From Gammaproteobacteria bacterium (GTDB lineage: Bacteria; Pseudomonadota; Gammaproteobacteria; JAKDMP01): a DNA stretch of 44,651 bases. The notes below the pieces were generated by a model. The model saw only the letters and a list, made by a program, of their open reading frames with translations. It did no database searches and had not been told where the DNA came from. Of this stretch, positions 7,120 through 16,691 are shown one piece after another. The translations under genes were made by a program, and so were the position numbers. Numbering within the stretch: position 1 is the stretch's first letter; every line of letters starts with the position of its first letter. The stretch is from positions 1 to 44,651 of the forward strand of contig JAKDMP010000002.1 in the NCBI GenBank assembly GCA_030452225.1. Direction: 5' to 3'.

Positions 7120-7836
7120 TTACTGCACCAGCGGCGAGGTGGCGGCGTTGAGGTCGACGCCCTCCAGCGCCGCTCCGCCGGCCAGCATGCTGATGTATTG
7201 CCGCAGCGCGCGTTCTTCAGCCGCACTGCGCAACTTGTCGGCCACCTTGCCGGCGACGGCCTCGTAGGGCAGTTGCTCGCCGGGAATACGCCGGTCCACG
7301 GCGACGATGTGGAAGCCGTGCCGGCTGCGCACCAGATCCGGCAGGACACCGATGGTGTTGCCCCCGAATACGGCCTGTTCGAACTCCGGAACGGTGCTGC
7401 CGCGCTGCAATTGCCCGAGTTCGCCGCCGTTGGCGCCGGAGGGGCAGTTGGACTTGGTGCGCGCGCGCTCGGCGAACTTCTCCGGGCGCGCCTGCAATTC
7501 CATGAGCATGCCGCGGGCCAACTTGCGTACCTTCTGTACCGGTACGCCGGGGGCGACCTGGAACAGGATATGGCGGGCGTGTACCAATTCGCCGCTACGG
7601 TACTCCTGCTTGTGGCCATCGTACCAGCGGCGGCATTCCTCTTCGGAGGGTTCGGGCGCCTCGACTTCGCGTTGCAGCAATGTTTCCACCGCTTCCATGG
7701 ACCCTTCCCGATCGGTGTTTCCATCCAGCAGCCCGACCTTGAACGCACGTTGGCGCAGCAACTCGTGGACGGCCGCGAATTCGGGGGTGGGCCACCCGGA
7801 AGGATCGACCTCGATGCCGTTGACGAGAATACCCAT
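7120..7836 (-). CDS. PpiC/parvulin-type peptidyl-prolyl cis-trans isomerase (nar-associated)
   Basis: HARHILFQV...CPSGANGGELGQLQRGSTVPEFEQAVF...SRHGFHIV is a parvulin rotamase core. The ATG at 7836 has a GGAGG SD and overlaps the narI stop (TAATG). The longer ORF-track frame (to 8490) is a trimmed artefact. Confidence 0.85.
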   Translation of the reverse strand: MGILVNGIEVDPSGWPTPEFAAVHELLRQRAFKVGLLDGNTDREGSMEAVETLLQREVEAPEPSEEECRRWYDGHKQEYRSGELVHARHILFQVAPGVPVQKVRKLARGMLMELQARPEKFAERARTKSNCPSGANGGELGQLQRGSTVPEFEQAVFGGNTIGVLPDLVRSRHGFHIVAVDRRIPGEQLPYEAVAGKVADKLRSAAEERALRQYISMLAGGAALEGVDLNAATSPLVQ

Positions 7837-8540
7837 TACCTTTTCGCCCTCCTGAGCGTGCGGACGAGCTGGTAGGGGCGAACCATGTACGCGAGTGTCG
7901 CGACGCCGCTCCAGATGTGGACAAGCCGGGTGTACGGGGCCACACCGAGGATGGTGAACCCGAGCACGATGTGAATCTTGTAGACCAGGGGGATGCCCTG
8001 AAGGAGGAGCACGCTGTCGCCGCGGAAGTAGACGATCGACTGGACGTAATGGACCAGGTGCGAGAAGTCCTCGCCCCCCAGCCCCTGCGCGGTAAATGCG
8101 ATCGTGGCGATCCCGAGTCCGAGCTGTGCCCAGAGCATGAGATTGACCACGAGGTCCCACTTGCGGCTGGTCTGGCGGATTCTCGGGTAGCGAACACGGC
8201 GATAGATGAGGATGGACATGCCGATGAAGGCAAGCACACCGCAGGAGCCGCCGATGACCACGGCCAGCATCACGTGGACTGTCTCGGTCTGCGTGATCGC
8301 CAACACCCACGGTTCGGGCAGCATGAAGCCGAGAAAATGGCCGAGAAGCACGATGAGAACGCCGTAGTGAAACAGGTTGGAGCCCCACTGGAGTTTCCGT
8401 TTTTGCAGCACTTGCGAGGAATCGCTTTTCCAGGTGTACGCATCGCGATCGTAGCGCGCCAGACTGCCGAGAAACAGCGATGCGAGACACAGGTAGGGCC
8501 AGATGACGTACAGGAACTGGTCGATGATCGAGGGAGGCAT
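7836..8540 (-). CDS. narI: respiratory nitrate reductase gamma subunit NarI
   Basis: The 234-aa protein has 5 TM helices. Its N-terminus FLYVIWPYLCLASLFLGSLARYDRDAYTWKSDSSQ and the heme-ligand His context (LFHYGVLIVLLGH) match NarI. Confidence 0.95.
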   Translation of the reverse strand: MPPSIIDQFLYVIWPYLCLASLFLGSLARYDRDAYTWKSDSSQVLQKRKLQWGSNLFHYGVLIVLLGHFLGFMLPEPWVLAITQTETVHVMLAVVIGGSCGVLAFIGMSILIYRRVRYPRIRQTSRKWDLVVNLMLWAQLGLGIATIAFTAQGLGGEDFSHLVHYVQSIVYFRGDSVLLLQGIPLVYKIHIVLGFTILGVAPYTRLVHIWSGVATLAYMVRPYQLVRTLRRAKR

Positions 8541-8570
8541 GGCGATTACTCCGGTATGCTTGCGATCAGG

Positions 8571-9227
8571 TCATGCACGGCGCTTCTCCGGCATGATCAT
8601 GAGTTTCGAATCGGGCTCCGCGAACGCGGGTTTTTCCTCCCACTCGCCGTCGATGTCGTCCGGCGGCGGCGGGGGCGCCCGGGCATCGAGGCCCTTTTTG
8701 CGGCCGATGTCCAGCAGTGCGGCCATCACCGCCGCATAACGGCTGTTGCGTTGCAGCAGGGTGTTGCCGAGCCGACGCACCACATGAGATATCTCGCCGA
8801 GCGTGTCGCGCATTTCGCCGGGCTTGCAGCAGCTCAGGTATTCGAGCAGAACCGGCAGGTGGTCGGGGAGCAGGTTCGCCTCCTGCTCGAGCCCGGCCTT
8901 GCCGTAGCGCTTTTGCAGTTCGATCATGGCGGGGCCGCGCTTGCGGCTGTCGCCGTGGATATGCTCGAAAAGATTGAGCGAGGTTCGCCGGCCGAGGTCG
9001 AACAGCTCGACATAACGGCCCTGGGCCTCGAATTTGTCGCTGCGGGCGATTTCGTCCGCGAGCGCGATCAGGCCTTCCTTCGATTTTCTGTTGATCGCGC
9101 GGGATTCGCGGATCGCCTCGACAATCTCGGGGAGCGCCTCGCGCAGTTCGCCATCGGGATAGCTGAGCAGCGCCGACAGCGCACGGAGCAGGAGAGCGGG
9201 ATTGCGGAGCCGGGCCGGATGCAGCAT
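8571..9227 (-). CDS. narJ: nitrate reductase molybdenum cofactor assembly chaperone NarJ
   Basis: LLSYPDGEL...YVELFDLGRRTSLNLFEHIHGDSRKRG...LPDHLPVLLEYL is the NarJ/TorD family signature. ATG 9227 (or GTG 9233) follows the narH stop at 9235. Confidence 0.9.
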   Translation of the reverse strand: MLHPARLRNPALLLRALSALLSYPDGELREALPEIVEAIRESRAINRKSKEGLIALADEIARSDKFEAQGRYVELFDLGRRTSLNLFEHIHGDSRKRGPAMIELQKRYGKAGLEQEANLLPDHLPVLLEYLSCCKPGEMRDTLGEISHVVRRLGNTLLQRNSRYAAVMAALLDIGRKKGLDARAPPPPPDDIDGEWEEKPAFAEPDSKLMIMPEKRRA

Positions 9228-9234
9228 GCGCACC

Positions 9235-10812
9235 TCAGCTCTCGTGTTCCGTGCGGCGCGCCCGCCTGGCTTCCTTGCGCGTCGACTCGAGTACCGGGCT
9301 GCGCAATTTTCCGCCCCACAGGTTGTGACTGTCCGCGCTCTTGACTTCTTCGCAGCCGTTGCCGAAGCTGAAGCCGCAGCCGCCGCGCAGTTCGTAGGCG
9401 TCTTCGGTATTTTCCCGGTGCGCCGTGGGGATGACGAAGCGATCCTCGTAGTTGGCGATGGCGAGATAGCGGTGCATCTCCCGCGCCGTGGCCTCGTCCA
9501 TGCCGACGCTGGACAGGAGCTCCGGGCTGGCGGTTCCGCCGAGTTGTCCGGCGCGGAACCAGGCACGCATCGCCTGCATGCGTTCCAGCGAGCTGACGAT
9601 GGGCGCCTCGTTGCCGGCCGTGAGCAGGTTGGCGAGATAGCGCACCGGGATCCTCAGCGAGGCGATGTCCGGCAAGCCGTTTTCGCCGAATTCGACCTGG
9701 CCGGCGTTCGCTTGCGCCGTGATCGGCGAGAGCGGCGGCACGTACCAGACCATCGGCAGGGTACGGTATTCGGGGTGCAGCGGGAAGGCGATTTTCCAGT
9801 CTACCGCCATCTTGTAGAGCGGCGATTTTTGCGCCGCTTCGAGCCAGTTCTCGGCGATGCCGTCCGCGCGGGCCTGGCGCTGGACTTCCGGATCGTGCGG
9901 GTCCAGGAATATGTCCAGTTGGGCCTCGTAGAGATCCTTGGGGTCTTCCACGGAAGCCGCCTCCTTGATGCGGTCGGCGTCGTAGAGCAAAACCCCCAGG
10001 TAGCGAATCCGGCCCACGCAGGTCTCGGAACACACCGTCGGCATGCCCGCCTCGATGCGCGGATAGCAGAAGGTGCATTTTTCCGACTTGCCGCTCTTCC
10101 AGTTGAAGTAAATCTTCTTGTACGGGCAGCCGGACACGCACAGCCTCCATCCGCGGCACTTGTCCTGGTCGATGAGGACGATGCCGTCCTCTTCGCGCTT
10201 GTAGATGGCGCCCGCCGGGCAGGAAGCCACGCAGGCCGGGTTCAGGCAATGCTCGCACAGGCGCGGCAAATACATCATGAAGGTGTTCTCGAACTCGCCG
10301 TAGATCTCCTTTTGCACCTCTTCGAAGTTGTAATCCTTGCTGCGTTTGTCGAATTCGCCCCCGAGCATGTCTTCCCAGTTCGGCCCCCATTCGATCTTGT
10401 CCATGGTTTTTCCGCTCACCAGCGAGATCGGGCGAGCGACCGGGGCGGTCTTCGATTCCGGCGCATTCTGCAGGTTCTCGTAGTCCATGGTGTAGGGCTC
10501 GAAGTAGTCGTCGATCTGGGGCATGTTGGGGTTGGCGAAGATGCGCGCCAGCACGCCCAGGCGCTCGAAGCGCCCGCCCTGCTTCAGCCTCAGCCTGCCG
10601 CCGGATGTCAGCTCCCAGCCGCCGTTCCAGCGCTCCTGGTTTTCCCAGTCCTTCGGGTAGCCGATGCCGGGCTTCGTTTCCACGTTGTTGAAATACACGT
10701 ATTCCATCCCCTCGCGGGAGGTCCAGACGTTCTTGCAGGTGACCGAACAGGTATGGCAGCCGATGCACTTGTCGAGGTTCAGGGTCATCGCGATTTGCGC
10801 GCGGATCTTCAT
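9235..10812 (-). CDS. narH: respiratory nitrate reductase beta subunit NarH
   Basis: MKIRAQIAMTLNLDKCIGCHTCSVTCKNVWT plus further Cys clusters (CEHCLNPACVASCP, CRGWRLCVSGCPYKK, CTFCYPR) support the call. Confidence 0.97.
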   Translation of the reverse strand: MKIRAQIAMTLNLDKCIGCHTCSVTCKNVWTSREGMEYVYFNNVETKPGIGYPKDWENQERWNGGWELTSGGRLRLKQGGRFERLGVLARIFANPNMPQIDDYFEPYTMDYENLQNAPESKTAPVARPISLVSGKTMDKIEWGPNWEDMLGGEFDKRSKDYNFEEVQKEIYGEFENTFMMYLPRLCEHCLNPACVASCPAGAIYKREEDGIVLIDQDKCRGWRLCVSGCPYKKIYFNWKSGKSEKCTFCYPRIEAGMPTVCSETCVGRIRYLGVLLYDADRIKEAASVEDPKDLYEAQLDIFLDPHDPEVQRQARADGIAENWLEAAQKSPLYKMAVDWKIAFPLHPEYRTLPMVWYVPPLSPITAQANAGQVEFGENGLPDIASLRIPVRYLANLLTAGNEAPIVSSLERMQAMRAWFRAGQLGGTASPELLSSVGMDEATAREMHRYLAIANYEDRFVIPTAHRENTEDAYELRGGCGFSFGNGCEEVKSADSHNLWGGKLRSPVLESTRKEARRARRTEHES

Positions 10813-13800
10813 GAGCGTTCTCCTGCCGTAGTCGCTTCGGATCGGTTTTCGGGCGCTGGCTCCAGCGGCTCCTCCATCCAGTCGACGTGCGCCATTTTGC
10901 GGACGATCACGGTGTTGTCACGCTCCGAGCCGACCGGGCCGTAATAGTTGAAGTGGTAGGAGAGCTGGGCGTAGCCGCCGACCATCTGCGTCGGCTTCGG
11001 TATTACCCGGGTGGCCGAATTGTGGATGCCGCCGCGTTTTCCGCTGAGTTCGGAACCCGGCACGTTGACCGTCTTGTCCTGCGCGTTCGGCATCAGGCAC
11101 ATGCCCTCGTTGATGCGCTGGCTGACGATGGCGCGGCAGGCCGCCACGCCGTTGGCGTTGAAGCATTCGACCCAGTCGTTGTCCCGGATGCCGGCCTTTT
11201 TGGCATCGGCCTCGGAGAGCCACAGGATCATGCCGCCGCGCGCGAGCGTCAGCATCATCAGGTTGTCCATGTAGGTGCTGTGAATGCTCCACTTCTGGTG
11301 CGGCGTGATGAAGCTCAGCACGATCTCCGCATTGCCGTTGCTTTTCCTGCCGAGCACGTCGTGAATCGTGCGGGTATCGATCGGCGGGCGGTACAGCGCC
11401 AGCGATTCGCCGTAGTCACGGAACCAGGGGTGGTCGAGATAGAAGTGCTGGCGCCCGGTCAGCGTATGCCAGGGAATCTGTTCGTGCACATTGAGGTAGA
11501 AGCCGCTGTAGCCGACCTCTTCGTTCATCGCGCCCGTCCAGGTGGGCGCGGTGATGGCCTTTTTGGGCTGGGCCTGGAGATCGCGAAAACGGAACTTCTC
11601 GTTCTCGCGCCCCGCGGCCAGGTGTTTGTGGCTCAGGCCGGTGGCCGCGGAGAGTTCCTCCCAGGCGCGCACGGACACCTCGCCGTTGGAAACCGGATCG
11701 AGCATGAGAATGGTCTCGCAGGCATCGATGTCCGTGTCGAGGCGCGGACGTCCTTTCGCCGGGCCGTCCTCCACGGTTCCGTTGAGCGCGGCGAGTTGAT
11801 CGGTCTCGGGCTTCATGTTCCATTCGACCCCGCTGCCGCCGTCGCCGAGGGTGTCCAGCAGCGGCCCGAGCGAGGTGTAATGCGCGTGAACGGCCCGGTA
11901 GTCGCGTTCGACGAAGCTGATGTTCGGGCCGGTGACGCCCGGCACGAGATCGCACTCGCCCTTCTTCCAGTCGCGCACCTCGAAAGCCTGCGCCATCTCG
12001 CCGGGCGTGTCGTGCCCGATGGGCGAGAGCACCACATCTTTTTCGGTGCCCAGATGGCCTTCGGCCAACTCCGAGAATTTTTTCGCCAGCGCCTTGAAAA
12101 TCTCCCAGTCGCTCTTTGATTCGTACACCGGATCCACGGCGGCCGTGAACGGGTTGATGAACGGGTGCATGTCGGTCGTCGAAAGGTCCTGCTTTTCGTA
12201 CCACGATGCCGTGGGCAACACGACATCGGAGTACAGCGCCGTCGTGGACATGCGGAAGTCGAGCGTCACCAGCAGGTCGAGCTTGCCCTCCGGCCCGGGG
12301 TCACGCCAGGTTACCTCCTCGGGTTTCTCGTCGCCCGTCTCGCCTAGATCCGCGCCCTGGATCGCGTCGGGGGTTCCCAGGAGGTGCTTCAGGAAGTACT
12401 CGTGCCCCTTGCCGGAGGAAGCCAGCAGGTTCGCGCGCCAGATGAACAGATTGCGCGGGAAATTGTCCGGATGGTCGGGATCTTCGCAAGCCATCCCGAG
12501 TTCGCCGGATGTCAATGCGTCCACGACGTATTGCTTCGGGTCCTTCCCGGACGCTTCGGCCGCGCGCGCGACCTCCAGCGGGTTCCTGTCGAGTTGCGGC
12601 GCCGACGGCAGCCAGCCCATGCGCTTGGCGCGCGTGCCGTGATCGACCAGGGTGCCGCTGTGGCGCTCCGGGTCGCCCAGCGGAGAGAGAAGATCGGCCG
12701 GCTTCACGGTTTCGTAGCGCCACTGGTCGGAGTGCAGGTAGTAGAAGTCGGTGCCGGCCACCTGGCGCGGCGGCCGCTGCCAGTCGAGCGCGAAGGCCAG
12801 GCAGGACCAGCCGACTTCGGAGCGCACGGCCTCCTGGCCGGTGTAGTGCGCAAAGCCGCCGCCCGATTGGCCGACCGTGCCGCACAGCATCAGCAGATTG
12901 ATGATGACGCGGTAGCTGGCGTCCTGGTGGAACCAGTGGTTCATGCCCGAGCCGATGATCACCATCGAGCGGCCGCGGGTCTTTTCGGCGTTTTCCGCAA
13001 AGCCGCGCGCCACCTGGATCACGTCGTCGGCGGGCGTGCCGGTGATGACCTCCTGCCACGCCGGCGTGTAGGCTACATCGTCTTCGTAGCTTTTTGCGCA
13101 ACGGCCGCCGAGGCCGCGGTCCAGCCCGTAATGGGCGCACAAGAGATCGAACACGGTCGCCACCATGACGTCGCCGTCCTTGCCGGCGAGCTTGCGGGCC
13201 GGCACCTTGCGCAGCAGCACGTCGTCCTGCTCGTTGGCCGGGTAACCCTCCTTGCCGATGCCGCCGAAGTAGGGGAAGGCCACGTCGAGCGCCTCGTCGC
13301 GCTGCTCGATTTCGGTGAGCTGAAGTTCGATGTCGCGGCCGTCGGCGGTTTTCTGCTCGAGGTTCCATTTGCCGCGTTCGACGCTCGCCTCGCCGGTCCA
13401 GTGGAATCCCATCGAACCACGCGGCACGACCGGGCTACCGTCGGCATCGAAGCCGACGCATTTCCAGTCGGCATTTTCCGGCGTGCCCAACGCGTCGTCG
13501 AAGTCGCTCGCACGCAGGTAACGGCCCGGAATCCAGCGCTCGCCGTCCTTTCTTAGCGTCACCAGCATCGGCAAGTCGGTATAGCGGCAGCAGTAGTCCT
13601 GGAAGTATTCGGCCTGGCGATCGAGAAAAAACTCGCGCAGCACCACGTGGCCCATGGCGATGGCCATGGCGCCGTCGGTGCCTTGCCTGGGATGCAGCCA
13701 GATGTCGGCGAACTTGGTCGCCTCCGAATAATCGGGGGAGACGACGGCGACCTGGGTTCCGTTGTAGCGTGCCTCGACGAGAAAATGCGCGTCCGGCGTA

Positions 13801-14576
13801 CGGGTCTGCGGCACGTTGGAGCCGAATACCATGATGTAGCCCGAGTTGTACCAGTCGGCCGATTCGCACACATCGGTCTGGTCCCCCCAGGTCTGCGGGC
13901 TGGCTGCCGGCAGGTCGCAGTACCAGTCGTAGAACGAGATCATGGCGCCGCCCAGCAGGCTGATATATCTGGCGCCCGAGGCGTAGGAGACCATGGACAT
14001 CGCCGGGATCGGCGTGAATCCGGCGATGCGATCCGGACCCTGGTGCTGGATGGTGTGGATATTGGCGGCCGCGACGATTTCCAGCACCTCATCCCACTTC
14101 GCCCGTACGAATCCGCCGCGCCCACGCACGCTCTTGTAGTCCCGGCCCTCGGGGTCGTCCATCATTGCTGCCCAGGCTTCGACCGGTTCCAGGCTCTGGC
14201 GCAGCCTGCGCCAGCGCTTCAGCAGGCGGCCGCGCACCATCGGGTATTTCAGGCGATGGGCGCTGTACAGGTACCACGAGTAGGACGCGCCGCGCGGGCA
14301 GCCTCGCGGCTCGTGGTTGGGGACGCCGGAGCGGGTGCGCGGGTAATCGGTGGCCTGGATCTCCCAGGTGACCACGCCCTGCTTGACGTGGACCATCCAG
14401 CCGCAGGAGCCCGTACAGTTCACGCCGTGGGTTGAGCGCACCACCTTGTCATGGGACCAGCGGTTGCGGTAGCCGTGTTCCCAGTGCCGGCTTTCGCCGC
14501 GCAGTTCGCCCCAGCCGTCCGAGTAGGGTTCGCGTTCGTAGCGAAAATAATGGAGACGATCAAGAAACTGGCCCAT
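10809..14576 (-). CDS. narG: respiratory nitrate reductase alpha subunit NarG
   Basis: The 1255-aa protein has FLDRLHYFRY...WEHGYRNRWSHDKVVRSTHGVNCTGSCGW, the vestigial Tat plus FS0 motif of cytoplasmic NarG. It overlaps narH by 4 nt. Confidence 0.98.
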   Translation of the reverse strand: MGQFLDRLHYFRYEREPYSDGWGELRGESRHWEHGYRNRWSHDKVVRSTHGVNCTGSCGWMVHVKQGVVTWEIQATDYPRTRSGVPNHEPRGCPRGASYSWYLYSAHRLKYPMVRGRLLKRWRRLRQSLEPVEAWAAMMDDPEGRDYKSVRGRGGFVRAKWDEVLEIVAAANIHTIQHQGPDRIAGFTPIPAMSMVSYASGARYISLLGGAMISFYDWYCDLPAASPQTWGDQTDVCESADWYNSGYIMVFGSNVPQTRTPDAHFLVEARYNGTQVAVVSPDYSEATKFADIWLHPRQGTDGAMAIAMGHVVLREFFLDRQAEYFQDYCCRYTDLPMLVTLRKDGERWIPGRYLRASDFDDALGTPENADWKCVGFDADGSPVVPRGSMGFHWTGEASVERGKWNLEQKTADGRDIELQLTEIEQRDEALDVAFPYFGGIGKEGYPANEQDDVLLRKVPARKLAGKDGDVMVATVFDLLCAHYGLDRGLGGRCAKSYEDDVAYTPAWQEVITGTPADDVIQVARGFAENAEKTRGRSMVIIGSGMNHWFHQDASYRVIINLLMLCGTVGQSGGGFAHYTGQEAVRSEVGWSCLAFALDWQRPPRQVAGTDFYYLHSDQWRYETVKPADLLSPLGDPERHSGTLVDHGTRAKRMGWLPSAPQLDRNPLEVARAAEASGKDPKQYVVDALTSGELGMACEDPDHPDNFPRNLFIWRANLLASSGKGHEYFLKHLLGTPDAIQGADLGETGDEKPEEVTWRDPGPEGKLDLLVTLDFRMSTTALYSDVVLPTASWYEKQDLSTTDMHPFINPFTAAVDPVYESKSDWEIFKALAKKFSELAEGHLGTEKDVVLSPIGHDTPGEMAQAFEVRDWKKGECDLVPGVTGPNISFVERDYRAVHAHYTSLGPLLDTLGDGGSGVEWNMKPETDQLAALNGTVEDGPAKGRPRLDTDIDACETILMLDPVSNGEVSVRAWEELSAATGLSHKHLAAGRENEKFRFRDLQAQPKKAITAPTWTGAMNEEVGYSGFYLNVHEQIPWHTLTGRQHFYLDHPWFRDYGESLALYRPPIDTRTIHDVLGRKSNGNAEIVLSFITPHQKWSIHSTYMDNLMMLTLARGGMILWLSEADAKKAGIRDNDWVECFNANGVAACRAIVSQRINEGMCLMPNAQDKTVNVPGSELSGKRGGIHNSATRVIPKPTQMVGGYAQLSYHFNYYGPVGSERDNTVIVRKMAHVDWMEEPLEPAPENRSEATTAGERS

Positions 14577-14822
14577 GGGAATATCCTCGGAATCAAATAT
14601 GCATCAGGCTTCGAACACTATAGGACATCACCGGATACGAGGTGGAAGAGCAAACGCAAACGGTTTGCAGCCGTGAAAAGACGGCAAGTGCGACAACCAG
14701 TTACGGACATTCGGCAAAAAAAACCTGCCGGGGCTGCGTAAACTTCTGCATTCGCGTCGGCGTGATTGCGCGTCAACGACGTTGGCCTTTTTCGAGTTTA
14801 TTCCGCCTTGTGGGGAGCGTTC

Positions 14823-14836
14823 TTGATCCAGGTCAA
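14823..14836 (-). promoter_or_regulatory. FNR/Anr/Dnr-type box TTGATCCAGGTCAA with class-II spacing to a TAAACT -10 (14800..14795); distal narG promoter
   Basis: It matches TTGAT-N4-GTCAA exactly. Exactly 22 nt separate the box from the -10 hexamer on the minus strand. It lies 20 nt downstream of the modC stop, and the predicted leader is about 210 nt. Confidence 0.55.
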
Positions 14837-14855
14837 GAAACCGCGGAAAAAATTT

Positions 14856-15941
14856 CTACTCGGCGCCATGGCGATCGATGGCAACGCTCTTGATCAATGC
14901 ATACACCTCGCGGCCGACGCGGAGATCAAGCTCATGGGCTGCTTTTCCGGTCACGTAGGCGATCAGCGGAACGCCCGCCGCATTCAACCGTAATTCGGCG
15001 TACGGAATGGTTTCTCGACCGATTTCCTCGATCCGCGCGGGCAGCACATTGCGGATACTCAGTCCGCGCGGCGGCTCGAGCGCAATGGCAACATCGAGTG
15101 CGTGGATATGCACCCGTACCGTCGCCTGTTCGGGCTTGGCCACCCGCGGCACGACCAGTTCGCCGGCGGCACACTGCAAATGCGTCAATTGAAACTCGCG
15201 GTCGTGCCCGATCACGCGCGCCTCGATCACCGTGCCCGCTTCCTCCCTGCCCGCGATCGATGCCAGATCCAGCCGGCCCATGATCTCGCCGAGCGGCCCG
15301 GCCGCGGCGAGCCGCCCGTTTTCCATGACGACCAGCATGTCGGCCAGGCGGCTCACTTCCTCGAACTGGTGGCTGACATACACGATGGGCACTTTCAGTT
15401 CGTCGCGCAGGCGTTCGATGTACGGGAGGATTTCGTTCTTGCGCGCCGCGTCGAGCGAGGCCAGTGGCTCATCCATCAAGAGCAGCGAAGGGCTCGCGAG
15501 CAGCGCCCGGCCGATAGCCACGCGTTGCCGCTCGCCGCCGGAGAGCATCGGCGGGCGTCGATCCAGCAAATGGCCGATGCCGAGCAGATCGACGATCCGG
15601 TCCGGGTTCACGTAACGTTCCTGCCGGGGCGCGAACCGCCTGCCGTAGAGCAGGTTGCGGCGCACCTTGAGATGCGGAAAGAGACGGCTTTCCTGGAAGA
15701 TGTAACCGACGCGCCGCTTGCGGGCCGGAAGATTGATGCGGCGCCGGTCGTCGAACAGCACGCGGCCGTCCACGGCGATGCGCCCGCGATCGGGTTTGAG
15801 GAGTCCGCTGATCATGTTGACGACGGAGCTTTTGCCCGCTCCCGAATGCCCGAACAGGACCGTGATTCCCGGCTCACCGGCAAATCGAGCCTGAATCCGG
15901 ACATCGCCCAGGCGGCGCTCGACGTCGACCTCAATCGCCAT
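14856..15941 (-). CDS. modC: molybdate ABC transporter ATP-binding protein ModC
   Basis: Walker A is GHSGAGKSS and the signature is LSGGERQRVAIGRAL. The C-terminal TOBE/Mop-like domain is typical of ModC. It overlaps modB by 11 nt. Confidence 0.95.
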   Translation of the reverse strand: MAIEVDVERRLGDVRIQARFAGEPGITVLFGHSGAGKSSVVNMISGLLKPDRGRIAVDGRVLFDDRRRINLPARKRRVGYIFQESRLFPHLKVRRNLLYGRRFAPRQERYVNPDRIVDLLGIGHLLDRRPPMLSGGERQRVAIGRALLASPSLLLMDEPLASLDAARKNEILPYIERLRDELKVPIVYVSHQFEEVSRLADMLVVMENGRLAAAGPLGEIMGRLDLASIAGREEAGTVIEARVIGHDREFQLTHLQCAAGELVVPRVAKPEQATVRVHIHALDVAIALEPPRGLSIRNVLPARIEEIGRETIPYAELRLNAAGVPLIAYVTGKAAHELDLRVGREVYALIKSVAIDRHGAE

Positions 15942-16641
15942 GACCGAACATCCGTTTGCTCACCGTCTTGTGCAGGACTTCCGAGGCAATGAGTGCGGCA
16001 AAGGACAAAAGTACGGAGATGATCAGCAGACGCAGCGCCGCCATTTCCTTGCCGGGCACCTGCGTCAGGGAGTAGATGGCCAATGGCAGGGTCTGTGTCT
16101 CGCCGCGGATATTGGCAACGAAAGTGATGGTGGCACCGAACTCGCCGAGCGCACGGGCGAAGGCCAGAATGGCGCCGGTAATGATCCCCGGCAGGATCAG
16201 CGGCAGCGTGATGGTCAGGAAAATCCAGGCGCGGTTCGCCCCGAGCGTGCTGGCCGCGTCCTCGATGCGCCGGTCGACGGCATCGATGGACAACCGGATG
16301 GCACCGACCGCGAGCGGAAATCCCATTACGGCCGCGGCGATGGCCGCACCGGTCCAGCGGAACGCAACCACGATGCCGAAAGTGTCCTTCAGCCAGGCGC
16401 CCACCGGGCCCTGCGTGCCCAGCGTCAAAAGGAGCAGGTAGCCGGTCACGACCGGCGGCAGCACCAGCGGCAGATACACGAGTGCGTTCAACAGGCTCTT
16501 GCCCGGGAACCGGTAGCGCGCCAGCAAGTAGGCGACGGCGACCGCCAACGGAAGGTTGATCGCGAGGCTAAGGAGCGCCACCTTGAGACTCAGAACGACC
16601 ACCTGGGTCTCGAGCGGGCTGAGCAGGAGAAAATCAAACAC
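15931..16641 (-). CDS. modB: molybdate ABC transporter permease ModB
   Basis: The 236-aa protein has the BPD-transport EAA loop (AASTLGANRAWIFLTITLPL) and a GTG start. It sits between modA and modC. Confidence 0.95.
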   Translation of the reverse strand: MFDFLLLSPLETQVVVLSLKVALLSLAINLPLAVAVAYLLARYRFPGKSLLNALVYLPLVLPPVVTGYLLLLTLGTQGPVGAWLKDTFGIVVAFRWTGAAIAAAVMGFPLAVGAIRLSIDAVDRRIEDAASTLGANRAWIFLTITLPLILPGIITGAILAFARALGEFGATITFVANIRGETQTLPLAIYSLTQVPGKEMAALRLLIISVLLSFAALIASEVLHKTVSKRMFGHGD

Positions 16642-16691
16642 GGGCGGCCCGGTCGATCAGGCGCTGGTACCCGGGTGTACGGCCAGGGAAA

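Noticed and set aside
7120-8490. ORF-track frames with long N-terminal extensions: 7120..8490, 8571..9566, 19075..19737, 19640..20518, 20400..22745, 22652..23827, 39733..40743, 41332..42222, 42038..43597, 31069..31917, 33251..33964, 35207..36433, 35848..36945 and 5411..6181.
   Set aside because: The extensions overlap upstream genes and read as junk. The internal starts I used restore family-typical N-termini and give SD sequences or classic 1-, 4- or 8-nt start/stop overlaps.
14590-14612. ATGCAT-containing sequence (CTGATGCATATTTGA on the minus strand) just upstream of the narG SD, reminiscent of an NsrR half-site.
   Set aside because: Only the ATGCAT core matches, with no inverted partner. 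This is too weak to call without a matrix scan.
14700-14740. T8 run in the narG leader as a possible intrinsic terminator or attenuator.
   Set aside because: The preceding GC-rich segment does not form a stable stem ending at the U-tract. Instead the U-run lies in the loop of a short CGGCA/TGCCG hairpin.
14762-14777. Second FNR-like sequence GTGATTGCGCGTCAAC in the narG upstream region.
   Set aside because: Half-site spacing is wrong (5 instead of 4 nt) or the left half-site is poor, and no -10 sits at class-II distance.
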